NCBI RefSeq assembly: GCF_037042905.1
Contig: NC_087245.1
Coordinates: 21,826,001-21,890,000, forward strand
Direction: 5' to 3'
DNA: 64,000 nt
Source of the DNA: Lytechinus pictus
Lineage: Eukaryota
In this document: piece after piece, positions 24,376 through 39,766 of the stretch
Numbering within the stretch: the first letter of the stretch is position 1
Layout of the letters: each line of letters starts with the position of its first letter
Notes under the pieces: generated by a model
What the model saw: only the letters and a program-made list of their open reading frames with translations
The model's database searches: none
Told to the model about the DNA's origin: nothing
Made by a program: the position numbers and the translations under genes

Positions 24376-27300
24376 GTAAGCTAAATAATGCATCCCTTGA
24401 TGATAAACCCCTAGATGTACTCACTCCAGAACGGTCTAGATTATCCCCACACATTCCCGGAAGGGAAAGAGTTATTTGGTTCTAAACGCTACTTGCAAAA
24501 TACTATACGTACATAACCATATATGGTTATGTACGTAAATGTGGAATGACCAAATGCAAAAACAAAATAGAAGTGATTAGAGAAAAATTGCCCCAATACG
24601 TCATTAAAACTTAATGATCCCGTTCTGCATTAACAATTAAGTACGATGTCAAACTGTCAATTTAAAAAAAAATTACTGCAATTCGGTTATTGCAACAAGG
24701 CAGGAACTCAGATATTGTATGCTGAATTACATCTCATAACATGTTGGAATAAAATGAAATGCTCATCACATCATTATTTTTCGTTTGAAATTTACTAAAG
24801 ATATTAAAATCAACGGTTACTGGTAGGGCACTAGCAAATGTTTTGTCCAAACGGATAATAGAACGTAACTATAGGAAAGGGGCGCCCTCGCGACAATGTA
24901 AAATCTACACACACACTCTCCCTCTCTCCGTACTTAGGCCGGACGTAAATTACTGTAATCCCAGTTTTTAATTAAAGTGATATACATGTACATTTACAGT
25001 TGAGACTGAGTTAAATGTGTGGGTTTCTCATTTACTGAGCGATTTTATTTAAGCTTTGATGAACTCTGAAGGTAGTTTCAGATTTGGCCAAAGTGCAGCA
25101 CGAGAATATCATTCATCTCTGTGTCATCACAGTGGACCTGCACTTTTCCACCTCTTACTTTCTTGACATAGGATTTCTTACAGTGACGTCATCACATCTT
25201 GTCTTGTAAGTTGTTAATATGTTCTTATCAATATATATTTTTGAAGGTCAAAGGTTTAATTCTGAATCATGAAAGTGTACGGCTATCCCGTTTGTTTGGT
25301 GTATGCTAGATGTCAACCTCATTCAACTATCATTGCTTAGACTTCATGAAGAAAACCGTGTATCTGATCCTGTTGGTTGTGGCAATATGCATCGTTCATT
25401 TATCACTGCTAAATTGTACACATCATTGTGGTTCGATTAATGTGTTTCGATATTCAGCGTCAAGTAATGTTTTTTTCATTATTTTTTATTCACTAATGAA
25501 TACAAGTTACCAGATGGGAAGAATACGTGGATTAGGGAATATGGTTCAGTAAAAAAAATGTTAATGCTTCAAAGTTATCGCGAATCATTTGTTGCTCATC
25601 GCCCGCCCCTCAAATAAAATGATAATATTGGCACACGTAGGGCCGAATATCTATCTAGCATATTTCATTGTCCAGTTACACCTCGTTCGTTATTTGATTT
25701 ATCAGTCATAGTTTAAAATTATGAAGTTTATAAATTTCTATTCTTCAGTTGATAATTATTATTTGTAAATTTGTGCGCATGGGCACGACTTTCGTAAGTG
25801 GAGCAAGTGTCAAAAGTGCACCTGTGTGCGTTTTGATAAGTGTTAATTTGATCAACATTTCTAATTTGTCGTCTTTCATTATCTATCATCGACGATCGAA
25901 AGACATGAACCGGCGGGTGAACCGGTCCCAGTCATGCTTTGTTCATGAAAACAATGTCCACTGACCAATGACGTAAATCACACCGATCAAAGTATTGTGG
26001 ATCAGTGGTTAAGCCCGGGACACTAAACCACAAAATCCCGGTTTCAAATCTCTCTTATGACGGGGCTTCATTTCCTCGTGCCACTCCCCTGCTCTGTAAG
26101 CCCGCATTTGGTTTTATTAAATCAGAAGATTTTTCAAGTTTGTATTCATTGTCAGATATCATAAAACAAAACGTCATGTTGCATCGAATATGAAATCTCA
26201 GATCTGATGTAAACAGATGATGAAAAAAGGAAAGAAATATTTCAAGTAAAAGATAATCGTTTGGTCTCCGATTTGTTCAACGTTGTAACGTTTTCCCAAC
26301 TTTTCTCTCTTTTTCTTAACCCCTTTCCCCTCCCCCTGATCCTCTCTCTTCTTCCCTTCTCTTTTTCTACCCTTCTCCCCTCTCTCACATCTTCCTATTT
26401 CTCTTAATGAATTCACAGCGGTATAAAATGATAAATTCACCAAGGGTTTCCTTCAACATTGATATCATGGGATGAGTGTGGGTTCAATCACGAGGCAATG
26501 AGTAACTCAGTGTTAGAACTCGGATAATAGAAGAAAAAAAAGAGAGACACTTTCCTTCCTCGAACTAAAAATATTTTCCACGTGTCATGCATGAAGTTCT
26601 GAATATTTCAGGTTTCATTTTGTTTCATCCCATGTCTATATTATACAATTAAGTATCAGACACCAATTTTCATATGAGATCCTTTTGATATATAAACCAA
26701 CGATGTTTCATGTTCCACACCTACACCAATTCTACTGTCAAATCGGGAAAAGGGTTTGCAGACCGACATAGGTTATACGTTATTACCAATAACACACCAT
26801 CGATCGGTTTCTGTTGGTGTGGCCATGGACCTACTAGTCCATGGTGTGACTTAAAGCATAGATCTAGGTCCATGCATGCTTAATAAGAGTTTTTGACTGA
26901 ACATTTGCGAGTTCATGAATGTAGAATCCCCTTTCAGAACAATATTCAGGAGGTTCTGAATTATGGAGGAAAAAATACGAATGTATTTCGTCACCCACTA
27001 ATGTGAAGAGGAAATCTATGTACTTCTTGTTGGCTCAATCAACCATTTATTACTTTTAACATTTGACATTTCTGTAAATTCTACTTTACTCATTATTTCA
27101 TATCAACTATATTTGCGAGAAGTTTATTCGAGTAGTATTGAAAATAGCTCAAAATTTGAGTTATTCGTTTGACATGATTATTCAAAATTCATATCTTTTT
27201 AGGATTCATTTGCCGAGACCAGTGTTAAATCCATCACATTCAAACCAACTGCACATTTGTATTACGCACTTGCTTCATTGAAAGAAACTAGGGGAATCAA

Positions 27301-30300
27301 TTGGAATAAACATGTAAAATCGAAATTATTCAATTTCCTCAGGAAATCGGTTATTGGTTGCCCCAATTATATCCGAAATCGGGTGGAGCTGAACCGCAGA
27401 CATCGTCTCATTTTCTAGTTTGCATGGATGATGGATCGAAATGAAGATAGGAAGGGAAGGGCAGAGAGAGATGGTCTGTGGAAGAAGGGGACGGGGAGCG
27501 AGGGAGTGAGGTTTTAAGAACTCGAAAAGGATTCTAGAAATAGAAAAGGAAAATGAACTGTCAACAATATTAACTGTCGAGTGTTAATGACTACATTACC
27601 CCTCGTGCAAGCCAGGGTTAAAGCGTATGCGCGTTTCTCAAAATACTCGTTGTATGCACAGAGTTCGGGTGAAGGGAACTCCCTGGTATATTACGTTGTC
27701 GCACTAGATCGTGAAGTCGTACAGAACATATAATTTTTGTTTTTGTTAAATCATTGGCATAGGAATTATTCTCAACATTAATTAATGTTTTTAAATGGAC
27801 TTGCATGAATATCAGACTGGTTTCACCTTATTCTTTATTTTTTTGCTCGTACCGTTTTTTTTTCTAAGATAAATAAAAATCAAATCACCTACCGAATCCA
27901 TTATAGAATAATTACAATTCATTATGCATAACTCTGAGTGTAATTTTTCACTCGTTTGCTTCAATTATGTGTGTCCAAATTTTAACCCTTCTTAAAGTCG
28001 CTTGCTCTTTACACCACCACTCCTTCACATTTTTTTTCAAAACTGAAATGTGCTACATCACGCTGAACATCATTCATTCAGCACCACTCCTGCAAACATC
28101 ACCCCCCCAAAAATGACACCGAATTGTTTTTATTCTCATCGTCGCAATTTCAAGTCTCATTCCGTTACGACAATCACATATATTCGATGTGTCATTTCTA
28201 GATTTCACATTTATAATACTAGACACAAAGAGGGCACCAATCCCCTTCATTGTTTCTATTTTTTAACGTTGAAAGATCCACAGAGACCGAAAATGAGGAG
28301 TAAATAAAACCTTGGTCTGAGGCCCATCGTCACGTTCAATTCCATTTCCATTTGTATGGGGCCAGTATACCATCAAGTGTGACTCAGCAATGGGATTTAT
28401 TTTCAGCTTCTTCTAAAAATGTAGTATATTTTGGGAAGGGGGTGATATATGAAGTCTTCTTGCGGTGAAAATGCTTCTCTCTGTGGGATACATTTTGTTG
28501 TGTGCATGTATCGACTCTTGGCAGCTTTGAAACAACGCAAGAAAATATACGGAGGTCATTGGAAAGAAGAGAAAATAATTATTATAATGTTAAATTATGT
28601 CGTGATATAATTTGTTTTGGTCAATAAAGCGTTTTGAAGTCGTCGTTATTCGAGGTATTGCCCTCGATCTATATAGACATATACCGTAATTTCATAAGTA
28701 CCTACACAATCAAAACCCGCAACCACACATAAACAGACCCCAAAGATACCTAACTCCCATACTCACATGCATACCCCCCCCCCTACACACACACACACAC
28801 CCTCACCTACATGTGTGCTATATACACCTTTGGTTGTGGTCACACCCTTAACCATGCGTATCTCCATTAACTTAACAGTGTGATTTATGAATTATTATTG
28901 AATTATAGATAATGAAATTTTTTGTCCTAATCTGCTCTCAAATAAGATGTCGGTTTTTGATCAGATGTTCTTTTTACTCTCCAGTATACTCTTAGCAAAA
29001 ATTATGATTTTATTGATTCTTGAAAGGGGGGAGTCAGTAGGCTATATACATGACTAGTTGTGAACAGGTGATTGTCTCGTTCAGTGGTACTGGAGTGAAA
29101 TGGATAATTGCCAATATCTTTAATTAGCCATAATGGAGGAACAGTTCCCCTTCATTAAATAATTGATTTCACAATTGTGTTTCATAGAGAGAATTCGATT
29201 TTTCCCCCGTTCAGATTTGACTAATTGCACGGACCTTTCACATCTTACAAATTTCAGAAAAAAACATATTGTGAACTAAAATGTTTGAAATGAGAATCAC
29301 TTATATGACTTATAATTATGTATATATCAACCCTAAATCATTGACCTGCCTAGCAACACAACGACTTACTTCAAATCCTGGGGGGGTGCATAAACTCACT
29401 ATTTCAAACCCTAACGATCTCTCTCTCCCTCTCCTCCTTATTCTTTATTGATTTATATGTTCATTAGAAAATGACTATCATTTATTAAATTACTTCAATG
29501 TATGTATATCTTTATTCTTATATATATCTATCCATCCATCTTGTTATCCTTCTATCTTAATTCTTTGCCTTTCTCGAAGGACGACATTACCATGATTACT
29601 GCTTTGTAAAGTGCTAAATAGGTCATTCAGTCTTAATGATGCATGCTGAGAAGGAAGGGGAACCTGCTAGAGGGGCAGTCTTACACCCCTGGTTACCTGG
29701 AGGGGTGGTCCACCACCACTCCTTGGGGTGGCATATCCTGAGTCTGAGTGGAGTAGTGGCAAGTGGCAAATGACGAATTTGTCATTAGATAAGTGTAAAT
29801 ATAGTGTCAATATACTTACATTAGATTAGTGTTTGTCCATTTATACAGAGCCAGCTTTAAATTTCCTGATTTGTCATGCGTTTGCGCAATGGAAAGTCGA
29901 GAAGATTTAAACCAGGCATTAAAGAGATTCAAAAAGTAAAGATGCTTAAAGATCTTATTATTATTATTCGTTAAATGGATAGCATCATCATGTGGTAAAA
30001 GAATTGCAAGCAAGATTTGATTCCGTAAGACGGCACAATAATCCTGGTGATGGATTACGTCAAGAGATGACGCTCTTGAACTTTTAAAATCGTATGAATC
30101 GAGTTACAACGAGTATTAAAAATATATAAAATGAGCCATATACAGTAAAACCAGTCTATATAAATTAATACGTAAGCTGGGTAGCCTATTCAGTGCCACT
30201 ACTGTATATTGTTATCCGATAATATCCACTGACAAAATAAAAAAAGGACGTGCGTGCAGTATCAAAATCATTTTACTTAAAGGTCTTTTATGTCTCGTTG

Positions 30301-31689
30301 CTTTATGCTGCGCGTATGTTTATGAAATCGTAAAACTTTGAGATGAAGTTCGAAGGATTAATGTTATATTTAACAATTTATACCAATCTAAAATGAATAC
30401 TTCAGTTTAATTCCGAATGGATGGATATGTACTTATTTTTACTGAGTCATTTTGGTCCGAAATCTTTTCTAATATGTTTATTTTTATCGTATTGAAGTTT
30501 GTTAGCTGAAGTGTCAGATTTTATATTGGAACTTTGTGATTACTTTCTGTTGCTGTTTCCTCCTTTGTGGCCCAAAACGGTCGTAAAGCCGGGTCAAACT
30601 ATCTGTACATCTCGACTAAACATTAAAAATTGACTTCTAAAATCCACACAAACGTTTAACGTGACTTCTCTGAAATGATATTGTAACACAAATCGGCAAT
30701 TATTATTTTTGTTGTATTGCTAGGACGCCAATTATGTAACCCGTTATCTTATAACTTAAAAAAGGTCAGACCAATGAGGAGCCATGGGTATTGACAAGCT
30801 AATTGAAATCACAGAGTGTCATTTTTTTCGGCCTCTGGAAATTCAATTCATTGTCTTTATTTCCAAATCAGTAAAAATTAACAAATTTACAACACAAGAT
30901 ATCATATAAATGCATTTCAAATCATTAAAATAACATATTATTATTATTATTATTATTTCGGCAAATAATATACAAAAATACATTTCAGTGTTAACAATAC
31001 AAAATAAGAAATATCAACCATTGGAACGCCAGGGACAAAAAAAGTTAACTTAATTACTGTGGCATAAAGCCTCCTGTCCCAATTCCAATGTTTGATTTAC
31101 AATATATATTATTAATAACAAAACAATAATAAAATACTCATAATTATAAAGTGGTGTAGCATGCGATTAATAAAATATATAAATAAATTTAGTTACTTGT
31201 AACTAAAATGAGTGGAAATGACGGGAAAGAGAATTAAGAAAGCTGAATGAAGGTGACATAGAGAAAGGAAAGGAGTGGGAGAGAGAGAGAGGGGTGGGAA
31301 AGGAAAATAAAAAGTGACACAGGCAAAGGAATTGTGAACGCACCCAAAATGGTACAATAATACTTAAAATAAGACTTAACTTCTAAGGGATTAAACACTA
31401 AACAATTTCTAAGGGATTAAACACTTAAAACATATAATAATTAATTTTTTAATAACATTAAACATATAATAAATAAAGTCGATGATAAATGCATTCCATA
31501 ATTCATTCATGTGCAATAAATTAGATGAGGAAAAAATATAGTAGATGAGGATCTAGCTGATCGCTAAGTCAAATTCACAATAATTTCCATTAGTATGAAT
31601 ATCAACCATCAAAAGCGTTGAGACGAAAATTGTAGGGAAAAAGTTTCAGGGAGGCAATGAAGTTAAATTAATTTTAATGGTAGACAAGG

Positions 31690-31735
31690 ATGGACAGGAC
31701 CAAGACCTTTGTTAAACCAACTTTCATGACGTTAG
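31690..31735 (+). CDS. Candidate alternative first coding exon, MDRTKTFVKPTFMTL + G (phase 1)
   Basis: aggATGg Kozak context and donor TAG|GTAGGT at 31736. Confidence 0.3.
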
Positions 31736-34700
31736 GTAGGTCTTCCGTTTCTTTACTGAACAATAATGGCTACAGGCGCCAGAGGAGAATTCACCGAGAA
31801 ACAAGGCAGAAGCCAATGACGAAAGTGAGTGGAACAGCGAGTGTCAAGATATTCAGGACAAAGGCCTATAAAGTACCCGCCTAGTCAGTTGCATAATTGT
31901 TAGTAGAAAAACTAAAGAAGTGCAGTCGGAAATGGAACGTTCGTCTTATGAATATTGATTGCAGAATTTGCAAGAGCTGTTATTTGTGTCAGTGAAATTC
32001 CACTACTAATTGCATGTCCTATTTCCTATATCATTTCCAATTCCTAATAATAGCCCTCGTCATTTCTTTGAGCCGGATCCTCCTATGGCCAAATTCCTTG
32101 TGATCATCCTTCTAGTAATTCCCAAGTTCAAACTTCGGTGTATTGACTACGTTTGCGCATGGAACCTTCTAATTATGACATGTATGAAGTGGATATCAGC
32201 TCGATCTCCTTCGTTCCAAATATTTTTTTAATGTATTTAATCTCTACATTACTTACAATATTGAAGGTTCTGTCATTTCTATTCTGACTGCGTGAACGGT
32301 CGAGAAGTTTGGCGGCGAAGTATATTCCACATCATTGTTCATTGTAATGTACGCCATCTTGTGTCCATAACGAGATTAATCCTTCATGTTCGTTTTAATT
32401 GTAGGCACAATTATCCATGACCTCGGTATGGATATATTTATCTTAATTTCATGTAGTTTTATTTCAATTTCCAGTTAACAAAATACTTCGCATGTGATGT
32501 GGGAAGCCGACTTGAGGTTTGGGGTGCACCCCCCCCCCACCCCGAAAGATTTTCTTCTTTTTTTTTCGTTTGTTTTGTTTTGGGGTTTGTCATGATTTTC
32601 AAACTGGATTCTGCTTCCAGAAATTACAGTTGCTTTTTGGGGGGAATGTCTTCTTTGCCCCTGTCCTGACGAGGTCCTTCATGGTGCGTGGATGTAAAAC
32701 ACACACACACACATGCGGGCACACAATCCGGTAAGCACCTTTTGCGCTCTCAAGATAAAAAATTATATAAGCCTACTTTATCCAGGTCTAAAGAAATATA
32801 TAATCACTCAATTTGGAAATCAATTGCGTAGGAGTTGAGTGTCAAGGAATTCATGGTCAAATTTATGCGTATGCATATGACTAGCCAGGTGTCATATAAC
32901 TCGAAAACTTACGTAGGCTCGCTATGGTACTTATACGTAAGAAATGAAAGTGAAGTCACTTCTCACATTGCAGTTGTATGACAGGTGATAACCCTTGCAT
33001 GAGGCACCTTGTAGGAGATAGGGGTGAGTGGGGAGGGGGTATAATGGTAGAGTGTAGGGAGAGAAAGAAATGGGGTGTACAAGGGCACACAGAGAGACAT
33101 ATAAAGTAGGTCCTAAAGGGAAAGAAAACGGGGTGTAACGCCTGTCCGACACCGAATTGATACTGGCGTTAAAGGACCATGGGGTCTGCAGCCTTATCAC
33201 CTCAAATATTCAAATCTGACGAGGTTCTTAACCCATAATTCAACATTCTGAGCAGTGTAGTCTTGTAATATAGGCTCACCTGAATATTTTGAACGATAAC
33301 ACACTCATTCACGACTCAATATATTCTTACGCAAAGATTGTGGTACCGAGAATCAAAACAAGTTTTTTTTCTATCATCACATTTTATTTTCTAGATGATC
33401 GAAATCATAGGCTAATTTATCCCCTGGGTTATTAATATCAGCCTCAAACGGGTATTTTTCAAGACTAGGTAATTACAACAGACAAGTCAATGAGAGACCA
33501 TATAGGCTGTTCAGAGTTTGGTCAGTTCGCACCTCTACAAGAGCTACAAGATGCTTAAATACATTATCACATGGATCTTTGATACTTTTCCACAATTTCA
33601 CGCCCGTCTTGTATTATAATTACCCCGGTTTACTCATCCTGGAATCGGTACATGTTCTGAAGATTACTATAGAAGGGAAACGCTTAACAGACGTTAAGAA
33701 GACTCAAGATTTGCGCTAGCTGGGGCTCGAAGGGTAATTGTCTCAGTCACATTGATCAAACCACCCCTGGTAAATGTTAAAATACCCCAAAACTGCCCTC
33801 ATTCAGCAGAGTGGGATTGAATTTCATATTGATTTTATTGAAATTTGTACAATATATCCCCAACAAGAAATAATTCAGATCCTTGTTAACCCCCAAAAAA
33901 ATATATTTTATAATCGTATTTCAATTTAGCTAATCGGAATCAAAATTATTGACTATCTTTATGTAGCACAAAAGAACGCGTCGTGCGCTACTTACGGAAC
34001 ATCAAATAAAATAGTTATACACTTTGTTCACAAAGATGACGCCTTTTGGAAAAGAGGTTGATTTTGTATCATATATTTCGTGAAAGAATTTAAACAACCA
34101 AAGGAAAGAAACGCAAACAGCATACCAAAGTTTGATATCGTTTAGTGCGTTCTCATGTAAGGGTTCTGGTCTCATATCAAATTCCATATCAACTAGTACT
34201 TGATATATTACCAGAAAATTGAAAGAAAAATTTGTTAAAAGGATACGATTCGAAAAAAGTAAAGTATGAAAAAATCAAAATATTATGATAAATTATGTTC
34301 AGGTCAATATTCCTGCTTCCTTGCTTCGCTCACTCGTAACTGATTTTTCCCTGCACGCAATGTTCTGCTTCCTCATGTTTTACTCATTACCAATTATGCT
34401 CTATAAAATTTTGCATGTTCTCGCCTTGACATAAAACAAAGCAATCTTTGTACGGGCTAGATGCTGCTGAAGATGAATGAAATTTGTAGCCTTTTCCACA
34501 CAAAAAAAGAACCCAATGGAGTTCGTAAGCGTTTGTACGGAAGTCATACCGTTGTCGTAAAACATACGTACGTTATTTGTGGGGTTTATGATAAATTTCT
34601 TGTCATTTTGTGCAAAACTTTCCACAGAAACTCATGTGGTTTAAAAAAACGCTGCATTTGTTGGCTTTTAACGATACTTTCCCATAAAATTATCTTTAAG

Positions 34701-35157
34701 ATCTTAAATGTAAATAACTGTGATTATTTTCAGGCCCCCGGGGTAGATAATAGTAATTACAACATTGATCGTTACATCTCTTGTGTACTGACATTAATCT
34801 ATTTATAGTGATAGACACCTCATGAGAGTAGCAAGGAGTATAATACCTTTACTTACTTTCGAGTTAGGTCTATCTGATATAATCTGGATCAAACAACATG
34901 ACAGCTCAGATGAATATACCACTTGACATATTTATCCATAGAACTGCTTTTTATAATAATAATGTCTTCATATGGAAGACCAGTGACTTTTTTAATGAAC
35001 GTTTTCATTTTATATATTGTGTAATTTCACATATTTGTTTGTATAAAGCTGAACAGACTACTATGGATAAAGATTTGCAATAAATAAATACATAAATAAA
35101 TATTATATATACAAAGCAGTGGAATCATGATTAGAAGAATGACGGGAGCGGGAGCTA

Positions 35158-35171
35158 GTTGCCATGGTTAC
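35158..35171. promoter_or_regulatory. RFX X-box
   Basis: GTTGCCATGGTTAC; the reverse complement GTAACCATGGCAAC fits GTHNYY-AT-RRNAAC. Confidence 0.55.
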
Positions 35172-35972
35172 TGTCAGAGAAGTTTAAAACCAACATCCAT
35201 TGGACTCTCCTCTCGACGAATGTGAACGTCAAATCGCAGTTACATAATGTTCAAAATTATATGACAGATTAATTTGTTCTATTCATGTATTAGGTAATCA
35301 ATTTCCGGCTGTAAGTCCCCATTTGACCCCTTTATTATGCCTGTCGCGCTATCATGATAATTTGTCGAAATTAATCTTCCAGGTGACACTGCCAGTTAAT
35401 TTTCATTATTACTTCCCGCCTTTAAACTTATCTTGGACATTAACTCTTCACTTCCCAGCATCTAATCCTACTTGCGCATGATATAGAGCTCAACGTATTC
35501 CTTCTTCACGGGGAAAGTGATATAGATGGTACTCAAAACAAATTAACGAAAAGCGACAAAGTTGTTAATGACAGCATATTCCTCGCTAGACTAATTTTAT
35601 CGACGAATTAGAGAAGCAATGGTAACCGAATATGCCGGACGTGAACCGATCCTGAACTTGGAAGAGCAACTTCAAAATTAGGACTATAATAAACTTTCCT
35701 GACTGCGGAGGGCTTTAAGAGGCATTAGTTAGTTTCACATATCTACTTCAGGAGCAAACGGCAAAGTTATCCCCGGTTTAAACGCATCAGAAACTTTATA
35801 CCATTTAGGGTCTTAGCAGACGAGTTATCACCTATCTTAAGAACTTGGATTAGAGAAAGCATGTTTCTGTGAAGAAGATCCATGTGATAAGACCATCACA
35901 TTCAAGAGGCTTCACGCATTTAACTTAATCTTCGTAAACGGTTGCGGAATCTTCCACCAAACTCACGTCAAG

Positions 35973-36003
35973 ATGGATATGTGGGACAAGTATAAAGCGA
36001 TGG
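35973..36003 (+). CDS. Candidate alternative first coding exon, MDMWDKYKAM + G (phase 1)
   Basis: aagATGg Kozak context with an in-frame upstream stop at 35838. Donor TGG|GTAAGT at 36004. An X-box lies about 800 bp upstream. Confidence 0.45.
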
Positions 36004-39000
36004 GTAAGTTTTATTGATATCTTCAGTAAGGGTTGAAGCGCTATGGAACATGTCAACATGTATGAGGAAACGTTTAGTAGGAGGATATTCTAAACAAGGA
36101 TTTGAGGTTCATGGAAAGTTTTTCCTCAGAGTACTGTCAAAAACATGTATACTCAGAATATCCCACTCTCTCTTGTCGACATCAATGTGGAAATTAAGGA
36201 TTCTGTACAAACAATAAGTTACATTTATTTAATTGGCAACCGCTGGCAATCGAACAATTCAGAAATAAAAATCAATTAATGCATTGTGATAATAAATGCC
36301 CTTAGTTCATTAGCATGCGTTCTATTTTCTTCATTCAAAACATTCTCCTAAACATTGCCCATTCTTGTGACCAACATGACCAATTATGGGTTTTATTATC
36401 AGTGTTCTTCAATCAGTCAAATATTTTCCAAATTATTTTTATTTTTTAAAGTATGGATCATTATTCAGATGTATATTGCGACGTATGATTGCCTAAAGTA
36501 GTGTATTAACTTTTTGATAAGAACGTTAAGGAAAGACAGGAACGAAATAGCATCTATAAACCTCACATAATTATAATTGTAGCTCTTGTATTTTTATACC
36601 AAGCCTTGATCCTTCATCTATTCATACCCTAAGGTTAGCTCATTTTCATGCTATTATAATTTTCTAGAAGTCTCGATCAACCATGATTTAATCTTATTAA
36701 TGCACTTCATATTAGGACCATAAAATTATAATTGGATTATGCATAAGCTATTCTAGTTGTCTTTTGAAATATAAGAAAATTTACGATCACTATGAACATG
36801 ATGAGCATTCATTTTGATGAAGAGTCTTTTACACATAAAGGACCAAGCTACAACATTATTCACGGTTGCTATACAAATTGTCCATAGCAACCAATATTAA
36901 CTCTTTTTTTTTATTCAATAACTTTTATTGCCCAGGTTTGGAATTTGTCTGTTTAAGAGACAATTTCTTACTCAACAAGCAAATTTTAAATACTTCTCAG
37001 GGATAAATAATGAAACTTAAACCCTAAGAAAATTTAGAGCTGGTATATCAACGAATTATGAATTTGAAGCATATTCCATTCATTCGTAAAAACCCATGCG
37101 TATTTGAATTTCAATTCAACCTGAAAATTTGTTGGATGAAACATGCAAATATATGAATTTGAAAGTACAAGAATGCAAATGAGTTGGGAACATAAAGTTT
37201 CAAATATGATATCAGAACCTTGTCAATATTTAAAAAAAAACATCTGCATTCCTCTATATTGCCACTTTTTCAACACAAATTCAACGAACATTATCTCGCG
37301 ACACTATAACGATTCTCTTTCACAAATCATCAAGATCAAAACTTTCTTTGAGTATCCATGCTTTCTATCAATGTGTCATCAATTACTTTCACTTCCCCCT
37401 TCCAGTTTACCCAATAGTGAGTCGTATAGGCTTTACTTGAATTAGTACTGCAAATCAGAGAGTCGTTGGGCTTCTGATTTTCTATCCCGTCTCTATCACT
37501 TATTTTAGGTCACATCAACTCTTGATATTGAAATCTGATATTCCATTTTGATTGCTTTATTACATTTACAATGGCTGTAAAATGACTGCATTAATTTTTA
37601 CATGTATATCTATACTATAATTGTAAAACAAAAATAATTATGTATCATATTAATGTATCACAAAATGATGACTCCAATCACTTGATTAAAAATAATTTTA
37701 AAATGCCAGATTATATTTAGTATTTTTTTGGTGTACATGTATCTTTGATAAGAAAATGAAGGATGTTACCCTCAGGGGGGTGTAGGATTGTGCACGATTA
37801 TTGTTTTATAGTGACATACTTTCAAAAGAATGTAGAAGTGTATTTAAACTTTTAAGGAATATTTGATTTTCAGCTTATCTGCAAAAGATTGAAATTGATA
37901 ACAGTATAGCTAGGAAGCGGCTTTATCTAGTTTCATGACTAAATTAGGCACACAAAATTGTGTTTGTGTTGGACTTTAAGAAGACAATCGTACAGGACAA
38001 AAAATCAAGAAATCGAAACGAGCTATATTTTGAGCTGTCTCCTTGTTAGAAAACATTTAATTTAGAATTAGAATTAGCCAATGAAACACGTTCTACTTTT
38101 AAACTTTTATCATGGTTCTTATCTGTCACATGACTTTCCGCCATTGCTTTTACAGTGTTTATTTTTAGTTACGAAATTAGTTTCTTTCTAAAAGCACACT
38201 AAGACATCCTTTAAATTTAAGAGCACTTCCAGTCTGTGAAGTTGTGGCTGTTTGGTTGTTTGTTTGGAGACGGCGAAAATCAGAAAAAATATAGGTCCAT
38301 CATCTATTAAAAAAAATATACTTCTCGTCTTCCGCAAAATTATACCGTTAATTTATTATAACTATCTGTTCCATTGTTTGTAATTTATTCTTGCATTACT
38401 CCCGCCTCCTCTGTCTTCTTACGAATGTCATGATCGGCATCGTTAACGTTGCTTTCTTGATTACTTAGGGTAGGTTTGAAATAACGAATTAAAAATGATA
38501 AGGCTTGAAAGTTCAGTGATATTTTATCATAGTCCATAGTCTTCGATTACTTTTTTTCTATTTATAAGGAAAGCAACAATGCTGTTGACAAAAAAAACCT
38601 TGTTATTACTGACTTATATGGAGACTAGGAGTCAGGCATGGTTCTTGTAAACTGGCGCACAGGAAACGGATTTGACATTAGTCATCCATTGCACCCCCTG
38701 CATTTTGTCCCCCTCCATGATCTCATGTCACCCCTCCCATACCATGTGCTACAAATCGTTTCGAAGAGTCAATACATTCTTCACAGACTCGCTTAAATTA
38801 TGTTACATAAGGATCCAACACGACATCCTTCTCATTTACGAAATGACCCACGTTACGCAATTTTTGTTGCTTAATAACAGGATTGTCCAATGCAGGACTT
38901 GAGTATTTTCCATTTATTTTTAAATATATCTATTTTCTGTCGTATGAGATTAAGAAAGTAAATACAACTGAATATTTTCTGAAATGATAATTAAATGACC

Positions 39001-39150
39001 TTTCAGGAAGATAAGCTTGAAGAATGATTTCTGCTCTCATGATAATGCAAGGTGCATCTACATGCATAGATCAGCAACCAAATTGTGATGATGTTAGTGA
39101 AGCTATCTATCTTATGATAATATTATCTTATCTATCTTATGATATGATGT

Positions 39151-39500
39151 GGAAGCGCCGTGGTGTAGCGGTTCTGACTCTCGCCTTGTAATCAGAGAGT
39201 CGTGTGTTCGAACCCCACCATGGCCTAGTGTCGTTTGGCAAGCCGTCAATCCACAATTTGCTACTCTCCACCCAGGTGTTTAATGGGTACCTGGTAGGAT
39301 GTGGAAGCCTATGTAGTATGCCTAGCAATTGAGTCTTGGATCTCTTGTTGGAATGCTCCCAAGGGAGTGGAGAAGGTGCATACATTGTATGCGGGCATGC
39401 AAGGATCCGATGACCGGGGTAATAATATATCTGTAAGGCGCTTAGAGACGTCGTTCCGATGTGTTAAGCGCTACACAAATGCGGAATATCATTATTATCA
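39151..39500 (+). mobile_element. Full-length tRNA-derived SINE
   Basis: A box TGGTGTAGCGG, B box GTTCGAACCC, central CCACCCAGGTG..AATGGGTACC, LINE-like tail GCGCTTAGAG...AAGCGCT ending in (ATT)n. Confidence 0.9.
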
Positions 39501-39646
39501 CCTTTGGGTATGGGCACTTTGATGTAATATAAAAGTCATTGTTTTTAAATATCAGTAGTTTTATTTCATCCTAGTCTTCTGGTTTCATTATAAAATTATG
39601 AATTAAATTATATCATTATTATGTTTTACACAAAATCACTGAACAG

Positions 39647-39651
<5 letters not shown>

Positions 39652-39702
<51 letters not shown>
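39652..39702. repeat. (AT)n microsatellite (others at 19571-19596, 45375-45428, 59619-59703)
   Basis: Read directly from the sequence. Confidence 0.95.
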
Positions 39703-39705
<3 letters not shown>

Positions 39706-39766
39706 TATAAAAAACAATAACTTTTATACAACATTGACGTGCCCATATCCAAACTTGATATCATAA

